NCBI GenBank assembly: GCA_038231275.1
Contig: JBBRLQ010000003.1
Span: 484,800-548,799, forward strand
Reading direction: 5' to 3'
DNA from: Polyangiales bacterium
GTDB lineage: Bacteria; Myxococcota_A; Polyangia; Polyangiales; Polyangiaceae
Length of the DNA: 64,000 nucleotides
How positions within the stretch are numbered: position 1 is the stretch's first letter; each line of letters begins with the position of its first letter. Made by a program: the position numbers and the translations under genes. Shown here in pieces: positions 9,221 through 17,647 of this stretch. Under the pieces are notes generated by a model that did no database searches, was not told where the DNA came from, and worked only from the letters and a program-made list of their open reading frames with translations.

Positions 9221-11323
9221 GTGGCAAACCAGGGGATTTACCGAGAAGGCGGCGGCGGGGGTGGGCTGCCGCTGCCGCGCGCGCACCTGCTTGCGTTCAC
9301 GGTCGGCGTCTGCGCGCTCGCGCTCGGCGCCGTCGTTCTCTCGCCAGCGCTCCTCGCCCTGCTGGGCGGCTCGGCGGCGGGCGCGTGGCGCATCTTCAGG
9401 AACGGCGGCGTCGCGATGTACTCGCTCGTCGCGCTGAACCTGCTCGCGCCGGTCGTGATCGCCGGGCTCGGCGCCTTCGTCCTGCGTGGAAAGCGCGCGC
9501 CGGCGGGGCTCCTGTTCGTCTTGGCGTCTCTGCCCTTCGCGCTCGCGCTCCTCGGCGCGTGGATGGGCCAGCGCCAGGTCATGCGCGCGCTATCGGGAGG
9601 GTCGATCGATCCCGAGCAGAGCGCGCGCATCCTCGCAGAGGGGATCGCCGAGACGATGGCGGCGGACATGTTCGGCGGCTTCGTCGCGTGCGGCGCGGCG
9701 CTCGCGGCTGCCTTCGCGTCGGCCGCGGCGGTCGCGTCGATCGACGTTGGGACTGCGGCGCGCGGCGGCGCGAGACCCGCGGCGACAGGAGCGCTCGGCG
9801 CCGGCGTCGCGGGCGGCCTCTGGCTCGTGGCGACGTTGGGCCTTGGCGCGGCGCGCATGCGCGCGGCGGGCGGCGTGGCCTTTTTGCCGGCGCTGCCGCT
9901 CCTCGTCCTGGTGCCATCGGCGGTGCTGGCCGGGCGCGCTTCCTCGGTCTTGAGGGGGTGGCACGATCGCGGCGAGGCTTCGCGCGTCGCCGGCGCGCTG
10001 CTCGTCGCCGCGCTCGCTGCGCTGCTCGCGGTCCTCGCGCTCCAGCGCGCCGTCGAGTCGAGCTTCGCGTCGAAGGCGCTCGAGGCCATCGCCGGCGAGA
10101 CGGTGGACGAGTCGCAGCGGGCGCGCATCCTCGTGTACGCGCTCGACGCGGGCCGCCTCGCCTCCGCCGCGTACGCGCTCCACTTCGCGCTCGGCGCGGC
10201 GACCTTCGGGCTTGCCCTCGCGCCTGCCCTTGGCAACGCGCGCAACCCGGCGACGCCGAGCGTCGTGATCGCCGCGGTGGTCGGCCTCCTCTTGATCGCG
10301 TGCACAGTGAGCCTCGCGCGATCGCGCAACGCCGCGCCGCACGCGATGGCGGCGCGCGCCACGGACCCGAGCCCCGCCGGCGTGACCTTGCCGGTCGTCG
10401 TCGATGCGTTCTCGCACAAGGGCGCGGGCGCCGGATACGAGGGCGCGCGTCTGGTCCTCCGGCGCGACGGCACCGGCGACGGCACAATCGACAGCGGCTG
10501 CGCCCAGCCCAAGCTCACGGTCTACGCCGATCGCGCCGCCACCGTCGCGTCGCTCCGCGCGCGCCTGGGGGCGCCATCGGATTCGTCGCCGTGCCCCCGC
10601 CGCCTCACCTTCGTGGCCAAGCGCGCGCACCCGCCGGAGCTCGAGGCGCGCCTCGGCGAGCTCACGGGGTACCTGGGCACGACCGCCTACTTCACGGCGA
10701 CGCTCGACGACGACCGCACCGCGGGCCCCGCGAGGCCGTACGATCTGGTGATGCGCGTGACGTCCGTGTCGGACGACACGCTGGAGATCGACGGTGCGCG
10801 CGTCACGTTGCCGCTCGTGGGGGGCGCGTCGCCCGGAGGGCCGGGCGCCACGCGCGTCCGCTACCTCTTTCGCCCCACGGACACGATCGGTCACGTGCTC
10901 GACACGATCGTGGCGGTCGAGACCGCATACGCGTCACACCTTTCCACGTGGGAGCTCGAACGCTCGATCGACGACGGCGCGCGGCCACCGCCGCCCCCGC
11001 CCACCACCGATGAGCATGGGATCACGGTCGCCGGCCGCCTGCCTCCCGAGGTGATCGAGCGCATCGTTCGCAAGGATCGCGGGCACGTGCGCGCCTGCTA
11101 CGAGGCCGGGCTCTTCCGGAACCCGACGCTCCACGGGCGCGTGGTCGTGAAATTCGTCATCGGACGCAGCGGCGCCGTGACGAGCGCCACCGACGACGGC
11201 TCCGACCTGCCCGATCGCGGCGTCGTCGCGTGCGTACTCTCCGCGTTCTCGCGGCTCTCGTTCCCGCAACCCGAGGCCGGCGTGGTCACCGTGACCTACG
11301 CCGTGGTCCTCGCGCCCGAGTAG
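9221..11323 (+). CDS. Polytopic membrane protein with C-terminal AgmX/PglI (TonB-C-like) domain
   Basis: Many TM segments in the N-terminal half; Pro run; GRLPPEVIERIVR...VRACYEAGL.RNPTLHGRVVVKFVI...CV...LSFPQPEAGVVTVTY. Confidence 0.75.
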   Translation: MANQGIYREGGGGGGLPLPRAHLLAFTVGVCALALGAVVLSPALLALLGGSAAGAWRIFRNGGVAMYSLVALNLLAPVVIAGLGAFVLRGKRAPAGLLFVLASLPFALALLGAWMGQRQVMRALSGGSIDPEQSARILAEGIAETMAADMFGGFVACGAALAAAFASAAAVASIDVGTAARGGARPAATGALGAGVAGGLWLVATLGLGAARMRAAGGVAFLPALPLLVLVPSAVLAGRASSVLRGWHDRGEASRVAGALLVAALAALLAVLALQRAVESSFASKALEAIAGETVDESQRARILVYALDAGRLASAAYALHFALGAATFGLALAPALGNARNPATPSVVIAAVVGLLLIACTVSLARSRNAAPHAMAARATDPSPAGVTLPVVVDAFSHKGAGAGYEGARLVLRRDGTGDGTIDSGCAQPKLTVYADRAATVASLRARLGAPSDSSPCPRRLTFVAKRAHPPELEARLGELTGYLGTTAYFTATLDDDRTAGPARPYDLVMRVTSVSDDTLEIDGARVTLPLVGGASPGGPGATRVRYLFRPTDTIGHVLDTIVAVETAYASHLSTWELERSIDDGARPPPPPPTTDEHGITVAGRLPPEVIERIVRKDRGHVRACYEAGLFRNPTLHGRVVVKFVIGRSGAVTSATDDGSDLPDRGVVACVLSAFSRLSFPQPEAGVVTVTYAVVLAPE

Positions 11324-11476
11324 CCGCCTAGCGCGCGGCGGCATGGCACCTCACGGTGCGAAATGAGCTCGAGACATCCGCGTGAGGCATTCCGATGTTC
11401 CCTTGCCGGAAAAGGACGCGGCGCTGCTGAGCCTTCAGTCAGGGCGAATCGGGCGCGGGCATGGCAGAATGATTCT

Positions 11477-12211
11477 GTGACGGCGTTCGTCGGTCTCGTG
11501 CTCTTCGCGACACTCGCCGCGCCGGGATGCAACGGCTGCGCGCGCTCGACCTCGGCCCCGACCTCGACCTCGACCTCGACGGCGTTCGTCCGCATCACAT
11601 TGGACGGCATTTCGGTCGACACGTGGCGAGCGGCAGGGGCGGGGTCTCATCCCGCCATCCTCCTCCTCCACGGCGCCGCGGGGCCGGAGCTCTTCACCGA
11701 TCCCACCTCCGATCATCGCAGGTACCCCGAGATTTTCGCGGCGGGCGGCTACTCCGTCTTCATGCCCCACTACGAAAACGGAAGAGGCGATCGGCTCGCT
11801 GTCGTGACGCGCATGCTCGATGCCGTCGTGGCGGATCCCGGAGTGGACCCGAAGCGCGTCGCGATCGTCGGGTATTCACGCGGGGCGAACCTTACCCTGC
11901 GCCTCGCCGTCGCCGACGCGCGGCCGGCCGCGGTGGTCGACTATTACGGATGGCTCTCGGGCGCGGACGCCGAAAAGATGACCCGGATGCCGCCGACGCT
12001 GATCTTGCACGGCGCGAAGGACGGCGACGTCCGCGTCGACGAGGCCTACAAGCTCGAAGGGCTCTTCCGCGCGAAGAAGGTCGACTACGAAATCCACGTC
12101 TACCCCGACGAAGAGCACGGCTTCAGCAAACGATCGCTGGGCGACTCGGCGACGCGGACGCTCGCCTTCCTCGGCGCGCGCCTCGGCGTCGACGCCTCGC
12201 CACGGCCCTAG
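11477..12211 (+). CDS. Dienelactone hydrolase-family alpha/beta hydrolase
   Basis: LLLHG, GYSRG nucleophile elbow, PTLILHGAKD, YPDEEHGF; start uncertain (11363-11477). Confidence 0.8.
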   Translation: MTAFVGLVLFATLAAPGCNGCARSTSAPTSTSTSTAFVRITLDGISVDTWRAAGAGSHPAILLLHGAAGPELFTDPTSDHRRYPEIFAAGGYSVFMPHYENGRGDRLAVVTRMLDAVVADPGVDPKRVAIVGYSRGANLTLRLAVADARPAAVVDYYGWLSGADAEKMTRMPPTLILHGAKDGDVRVDEAYKLEGLFRAKKVDYEIHVYPDEEHGFSKRSLGDSATRTLAFLGARLGVDASPRP

Positions 12212-12252
12212 CTCTAGCCTCGGGCGCGAGGCACCGTGGGCACGTAGAGTCG

Positions 12253-12648
12253 CTACCGCCGCGCGTCCGGGAGGACGAACGCGCGGCGCGCGAGGGGCGA
12301 CGCGAGCGTCTCCGGCGAGTAGTAGCGGCGCAGCGCGCCCGCGTCGAAGAGCTCTGGGTGCGCGCGCGCGAAGTCGCCCCACGCGAGCTCGGGATCGGCC
12401 GCGACCTTCTCGTGGACGAGGACGACGAAGGCCCACGTGATCGTCTCGTGGTACTTCTCCGGCGCCCCCTTCGCGGTCGCGAGGCGCATGATGCCTGCCT
12501 TCGTCTTCGCGATCGCGTCCATCAGCGGCAGCGCGCGCGCGTACGCCCACGCGACCCGAACGTGCGCCGCGTGGGGGAAGGCGTCGAGGGTTCCATCCTC
12601 GAACGCGCGGAGGAGCGTCGAGGTCTCCTCGTCGAGCGGTGCGGTCAC
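12253..12648 (-). CDS. Conserved hypothetical protein
   Basis: FPHAAHVRVAW, KYHETITWAF and RYYSPETLASPLARRAFVLPD motifs; GTGA overlap with the upstream gene. Confidence 0.75.
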   Translation of the reverse strand: MTAPLDEETSTLLRAFEDGTLDAFPHAAHVRVAWAYARALPLMDAIAKTKAGIMRLATAKGAPEKYHETITWAFVVLVHEKVAADPELAWGDFARAHPELFDAGALRRYYSPETLASPLARRAFVLPDARR

Positions 12649-12917
12649 GACGAACGCTCGCGCATACGGTGGCTGGCCGAGGCGTCGAGGTCGAGCCCGT
12701 ACACGGCCTTGAGCTGCGCGATGCACGCGAGGCTGGCTTTGCCGAACGGCGCCTTGCCCTCGAACGCGTGCAGGACGATCCCCTCGAGCAGATCGCCGAG
12801 GGTCATGTCGTGGTATTCGGCGAGGCCCTTCAGGACCTTGAGGACCCGCTTTTCCATACGGACGCCGGTCTGGATGCGCTCGACGACGAGCTCGTGAGGG
12901 GCCTTTCGTGTTGCCAT
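12645..12917 (-). CDS. Small conserved protein, possible ribbon-helix-helix DNA-binding protein
   Basis: ERIQTGVRMEKRVLKVLKGLAEYHDMTLGDLLEGIV has a beta-alpha-alpha pattern. Confidence 0.7.
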   Translation of the reverse strand: MATRKAPHELVVERIQTGVRMEKRVLKVLKGLAEYHDMTLGDLLEGIVLHAFEGKAPFGKASLACIAQLKAVYGLDLDASASHRMRERSS

Positions 12918-12951
12918 GGTATTTATGTACCACGGTAGTGTGCGCCGGCAA
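12918..12951 (-). promoter_or_regulatory. Putative sigma70 promoter/operator, leaderless
   Basis: Minus strand TTGCCG-N16-TACATA-N6-ATG; inverted GGTA/TACC motifs overlap it. Confidence 0.45.
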
Positions 12952-12960
12952 CGACGCGGG

Positions 12961-15165
12961 TCACCGTGGCGGCGGCTGCGCGCATCGACCGTTGACGCAG
13001 ACGTCGACGGTCGCGCAGCAGTCGGCCGCGGTGGTGCACTTGTCGAACTCCTGCGAGCACCCCTTCGGCTGCGAAGAGCAGACCGCGCCGTTTGGGCCTT
13101 GCTGGCAGTATCCCCCGCAACACTCGTCCCCGGTGTCGCACGTGGTTCCATCGACGACGCACGGGTCCAGCACCCAGTATCCCCGAGAATTTCCCGCCAT
13201 GAGCTCCTGCGCGGGAACGTAGAACGCGGGATGACTCGGGTCGGTCCCCGGAGCCGCGTTCAAGTCGATCGCCGCGACCCAGAGCTTCTTCGTCGTTGGG
13301 GTTCGGCTGATGTCGTGAAACCGAGGGTCGCTGTAGAACGGATCGATCGTCGCGATGTTGCCGTAGAGCCGCCGGCTGGTGAACACGATCCACGCGTAGC
13401 CTCCCGACGCGACCGGATTGACGGTGGGCTCGTAGTTGAGGGTCGCGTCGTCGTCGTGCCCGTAGCCTTCGACCGGCACCATTCCGACGCCGCTCGCGTT
13501 GTCCAGGCGATGGGCGATCTTGGTCTTGACGTCCACCCACCACAGCTCGCCGCGGCTCGCCGGACAGCTCGAGACGGCGTCGCATCCCGAGCGCGTCTCG
13601 CCGAACTGGCCGTTATTGACGGTCTCGAGCTCGAAGGCCACGGCCCCGTTCGACGGGAACTCCGGCGTGTTGAGCGTGGGGATGAACGCGGGCCAGACGG
13701 CGGTGCCGGACGGCGGCGTGTAGAGGACGCTCGCGTTGGAGAACTTGGTGGTCGAGAGATCGAAATCCATCAGCCCCAGCGACTTCTGATCCGCGTTCGG
13801 TCCTCCCCAGATGTTGTAGGTGACGCGCGCGCCGTCCGGCGAGAAGGAGGGGCACCCCGCCTGCAAACCGGCAGGAAGCCCCGTCGATGGAACGCTCGCC
13901 CCGGAAGGCAGCGCATGGAGCTCGCTCGGAAGGGTCGCGTTCCCATCTTGCTGAGGGGCGGAGTTGGAGAAGAGGAGCTTCCCGTCCGGATAGATCGCCG
14001 ACCACATCACCCGGTTGTCCGATCCGATCGGGATCACCTGATTGTGGTTCGCGAGCTCGACGGCCGCGGGCCCGGACGTGATGAGCCGCGAGCCATTGGC
14101 CGCCACCGAGTGGCAAACCCGGCATTCGTTGTTGGCGGTGACGAGGACGGGATCGGTCGAGCCCCCCCGAATCGCGAGCGTCGCCGCCCCGATGTCCGCT
14201 CCGGTGATCGACTTGAGACCGCTCGTCGCCAGATTCGTTCCGTACGAGTTGTAGTAGACGGTCCCCTTCAAGGTTCCCTGCGCGACCTTCCACGTCTCGC
14301 GGATGGGGCCATAGGCGGTCGTGCCGGACGCGAAGACCAAGCTCACCGTCGCAGGCTCGCCTCCGTTCGAGAGCGTCATATACTTCCAGACGCTCTGCGG
14401 AATGGGATGGTGGACGAACGGTACGGCGGGCCTCTTGAAGAAGCCCTCGTACTCCCACAGCGCTTCCTGGATGTGGATGTAGACTGCATCGAATGGCCTC
14501 TGCGTCTTCCACTGGAGGAGCGGCGCCAGGATTCCGCGCGGCCATACGGTCTTGTCGTAGGGGTAGAGCCACGCCAACGACGGATCGGGGGTCGGCGGTC
14601 CGGTCAGGATCTGGTGGGTCCCATCGTCGACGGGGCCTCCGGGCCCTTCGCCGCCCACGCCGCCGTATCCGCCGGCTCCCGCGCCGCCGTCGCCCGCGGA
14701 GTCGCCGTTCTGAACGATGTGGACCTTCACCGTCACGCTGGTCCGCGCCTCCTTGGTGAAGTAGTGCGCGTGAACGTCGGTCTTGCCGGCGAGGGTGCCT
14801 CGGGGCGTGAAGACTCCCGACGTCTGATCGATCGACCCTAGCTCACCGTGATCGACTTGCCAGCTCGCGGGGACGGGCCGCCCATCGAGCGTGGCCTTGA
14901 AAGAGATGGTCGGCGTCGGCTGGCCCGTCGTGACGGTCACGGTCGGATCCACCGGGGTGATCGCCAGCGTGCCGGTCAAGTCGGGCGAGCCGTCGAATGA
15001 GCCGAAGGAGAAACCGTCGACGTCGCCGCCGTCACCGCCGCCCCCGACGCCGACTCCATCCGGCGGACCGCCGTCTTGCCCGCTCCCGCACGCCCAGGCC
15101 ATGACGACCGCCAGGAGTGCGAAGAGTGCGATGGCGCGAAACGATCCCGAGCTGGTGGTGCGCAT
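12961..15165 (-). CDS. Large secreted lipoprotein with TolB-like beta-propeller and Cys-rich tail
   Basis: Lipobox AWAC; PSFSPDG repeats; WIVFTSRRLYG; KLWVAAID; C-terminal CxxGxECCGGYC. Confidence 0.8.
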   Translation of the reverse strand: MRTTSSGSFRAIALFALLAVVMAWACGSGQDGGPPDGVGVGGGGDGGDVDGFSFGSFDGSPDLTGTLAITPVDPTVTVTTGQPTPTISFKATLDGRPVPASWQVDHGELGSIDQTSGVFTPRGTLAGKTDVHAHYFTKEARTSVTVKVHIVQNGDSAGDGGAGAGGYGGVGGEGPGGPVDDGTHQILTGPPTPDPSLAWLYPYDKTVWPRGILAPLLQWKTQRPFDAVYIHIQEALWEYEGFFKRPAVPFVHHPIPQSVWKYMTLSNGGEPATVSLVFASGTTAYGPIRETWKVAQGTLKGTVYYNSYGTNLATSGLKSITGADIGAATLAIRGGSTDPVLVTANNECRVCHSVAANGSRLITSGPAAVELANHNQVIPIGSDNRVMWSAIYPDGKLLFSNSAPQQDGNATLPSELHALPSGASVPSTGLPAGLQAGCPSFSPDGARVTYNIWGGPNADQKSLGLMDFDLSTTKFSNASVLYTPPSGTAVWPAFIPTLNTPEFPSNGAVAFELETVNNGQFGETRSGCDAVSSCPASRGELWWVDVKTKIAHRLDNASGVGMVPVEGYGHDDDATLNYEPTVNPVASGGYAWIVFTSRRLYGNIATIDPFYSDPRFHDISRTPTTKKLWVAAIDLNAAPGTDPSHPAFYVPAQELMAGNSRGYWVLDPCVVDGTTCDTGDECCGGYCQQGPNGAVCSSQPKGCSQEFDKCTTAADCCATVDVCVNGRCAQPPPR

Positions 15166-15584
15166 TCTGACGTCTCCCGGCGAGCGGAAAGAGCGCTCGA
15201 AAAAAGGGCGAGGGTCGGCCTGGCCCCCACCACGGCTGCGCAGCCTAGTCCTTCGCCCGGCGCCCGAGAAGGGAATCTAGAGTTTTTACTCTAAACGGAA
15301 TTTTTGATTTCCAGTCAGAACGGCGACCTTTTGGGCGCCGCGTTGCCCCGGCGCACGGGCGATCCTGGATCGCATTCGCTCGCGGGTGGAGTCGCGTGCG
15401 ATGACGACCGGATCGCGAGCGCGGACGACGTGAGATACGCGACGACCAGGGTGCGGCGCGCGGGCGCGGGTGAGCCGACCGCAGGCGAGGTCGTGCCGTT
15501 CGAGGGTAAATTTCTGCGCGAAAGCGGCGGATCGCCGAGCCTCGACGCGGTGCGTCGGATCGCGCGGGAGCGCCGCGTGCGGCG

Positions 15585-15600
15585 AGGCACAGGCGTTGCG
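15585..15600 (+). promoter_or_regulatory. Sigma54 -24/-12 promoter
   Basis: AGGCACAGGCGTTGCG (GG-N10-GC), ending 12 nt upstream of the ATG at 15613. Confidence 0.65.
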
Positions 15601-15612
15601 ATGTGCGTACGC

Positions 15613-16560
15613 ATGAAGACCGCGCGCCATCTTCGCCTCCTCGCCGTCGCCCCCTTCGCGCTCGCCGCCGCCGCGTGCTCGTCCACCCCGGGCGGTGACG
15701 GTAGTGAAGGCGTCGGCTCCGACTCGGATGCGATCGTCGGCTCCACGATGGTGTCGCGCGGCATGGAGTGGGTGAACGCGAATCTGCACTACTGCCAAGC
15801 GGCGCACGGCCACGTCGACTACGACAAGGCCTGCTGGGGCTGGGAGGGGCCGAGCCACCGCTGCGAGCGCGAGAGCAACGCGGCGTGGAACGCGTACCGC
15901 TCCGACTGCTCGGGCTTCATCACGTATGCGTGGGGGATCCCGGCAGGCGGCGGCGGCGGCTACGTCACCTCGGAGTTCGCGCCGTACGGCCACTCGTTCT
16001 CGCACACGATCAACGGCGTCGATCTCCGGCCCGGCGACGCGCTCAACAAGACGCCGGACGGGCACATCATGCTCTTCAAGCACTGGGTCACGCCGGGACG
16101 CTCCGCGGTCTTCATGGAGGAGCCGGGCTGCTCGTCGTCGATACCGTACGCGCACGAGTTCACGTCGGCCGTGTCGATCCACGGCGACGAGGTCTACGTC
16201 GACTACCAGCGCGAGACGTTCTACGCGATCCGCTACAACGGCTCGACCGGTGCGGGCAGCAGCAGCGGCGGCGGAGGCGTCGCTGTCGGCGTCGGCGGCG
16301 GAGGCGGCGGAGGCAGCACAGCGCCGGACGCGTGCGACCAGGGCGCGGGCTTCTGCACCGAGACGCTCCAGTGTGACAACGGCCACTGGATCATCCGACA
16401 GGACGATGGGCACGCGTGCACGACGGTCCAGAACGTCGAGGAGCCCTGCCACGTCGGCGGCGGTTACTGCACCGCGACCCTGCAATGCGAGAACGGCCAC
16501 TGGGTGCCGCGCAGCGACGATTCCGCCGCGTGCACGTCCGGCCCCGGCTCGCCGCACTGA
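15613..16560 (+). CDS. NlpC/P60-like lipoprotein (putative peptidoglycan endopeptidase) with two Cys-rich repeats
   Basis: Lipobox AAAC; YRSDCSGF (catalytic Cys); LRPGD; GHIMLF (His); Gly linker; two copies of C..G.G.CT.TLQC.NGHW..R.DD..ACT. Confidence 0.8.
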   Translation: MKTARHLRLLAVAPFALAAAACSSTPGGDGSEGVGSDSDAIVGSTMVSRGMEWVNANLHYCQAAHGHVDYDKACWGWEGPSHRCERESNAAWNAYRSDCSGFITYAWGIPAGGGGGYVTSEFAPYGHSFSHTINGVDLRPGDALNKTPDGHIMLFKHWVTPGRSAVFMEEPGCSSSIPYAHEFTSAVSIHGDEVYVDYQRETFYAIRYNGSTGAGSSSGGGGVAVGVGGGGGGGSTAPDACDQGAGFCTETLQCDNGHWIIRQDDGHACTTVQNVEEPCHVGGGYCTATLQCENGHWVPRSDDSAACTSGPGSPH

Positions 16561-16650
16561 TCGCAAAAGCGCACCCCGGAAGGCGCGTCATCTCGAGACC
16601 GGCGGCGCGGACCTGGCCCTTCTATGGCCACGCGCGCTACGATCGCGTGA

Positions 16651-17628
16651 ATGCGTGTCGCCCCCGTCGTCCTTGCCTCGTGTGTTCTGGCCGCCGCGTG
16701 CGGATGCTCCTCGTCGAGCTCGGCCCCGGCCGCGAGCGCGGGCTCGTCCGGCGACGCAGAGGCGCCGGGCTCGGGCGAAGGTGGAGCGCCGGACGCGGCG
16801 GCGGACTCGGCGGCGGCCGACGCAGGACCGCCCATCGGCGGCGATCGCCCGGTCACGATGTACGTTCCGCCCAGCTACACGCCGGGCAAGCCGATGCCGC
16901 TCCTCGTTGGCCTCCACGGCTACGGCGGCACCGCCGCCAACCAAGAAGCCTACTTCCGGCTCGCGCCGCAGGCCGATGCGCGCGGCTTTCTCTACGCGAT
17001 GCCCGAGGGGACGGTCGACCCGACCGGGAAGCAATTCTGGAACGCGACCGACGCGTGCTGCGATGTGGCGGGCAGCGGCGTCGACGATTCGGGCTACTTG
17101 AGCCGCGTGATCGACGAAATCAAAGCCCGTTACAGCGTGGACGCGAAGAGGGTTTACCTCATTGGACACTCGAACGGCGGGTTCATGGCCTTCCGCATGG
17201 CGTGTGACCACGCCGACCAAATCGCGGCCGTGGTGACGCTCGCCGGTGCGATGTACGTCGACGTTACGAAGTGCGCGCCGAGCGGGCCCGTCGCGCAGCT
17301 GCACCTCCACGGCGACGCCGACACGACGAACCCGTTCGGCGGCGGTACGCTCATCACCGGTGCACCCATCCCCTCCGCGATGCAGTCGGTGCAGGACTGG
17401 GTGACCTTCAACGGATGCGACGGCGTCGTGGACAGCTCGTCGCCAAACCTCGACCTCGTCTCGATCCTCGCGGGGGCCGAGACGTCGGTCGGCAAGTACA
17501 CGTCGGGCTGCAAGCCGGGGGGACGTGTGGAGTTCTGGCAGATGGCCGGCGCTCGGCACGCCCCGCCTTGGACGCCGGCGTTCGCGCCAGCGGTGATCGA
17601 CTTCTTGCTCGCGCAGTCGAAGCCGTGA
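16651..17628 (+). CDS. PHB depolymerase/LpqC-family esterase lipoprotein
   Basis: LHGYGG, WNATDACC, VDDSGYL, GHSNGGFMA, HGDAD, GARH. Confidence 0.85.
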   Translation: MRVAPVVLASCVLAAACGCSSSSSAPAASAGSSGDAEAPGSGEGGAPDAAADSAAADAGPPIGGDRPVTMYVPPSYTPGKPMPLLVGLHGYGGTAANQEAYFRLAPQADARGFLYAMPEGTVDPTGKQFWNATDACCDVAGSGVDDSGYLSRVIDEIKARYSVDAKRVYLIGHSNGGFMAFRMACDHADQIAAVVTLAGAMYVDVTKCAPSGPVAQLHLHGDADTTNPFGGGTLITGAPIPSAMQSVQDWVTFNGCDGVVDSSSPNLDLVSILAGAETSVGKYTSGCKPGGRVEFWQMAGARHAPPWTPAFAPAVIDFLLAQSKP

Positions 17629-17647
17629 CGTCATTGCAACGTACGCG

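Noticed and set aside
11546-11582. CTCGAC hexamer run
   Set aside because: Encodes an ordinary Ser/Thr linker; low-complexity only.
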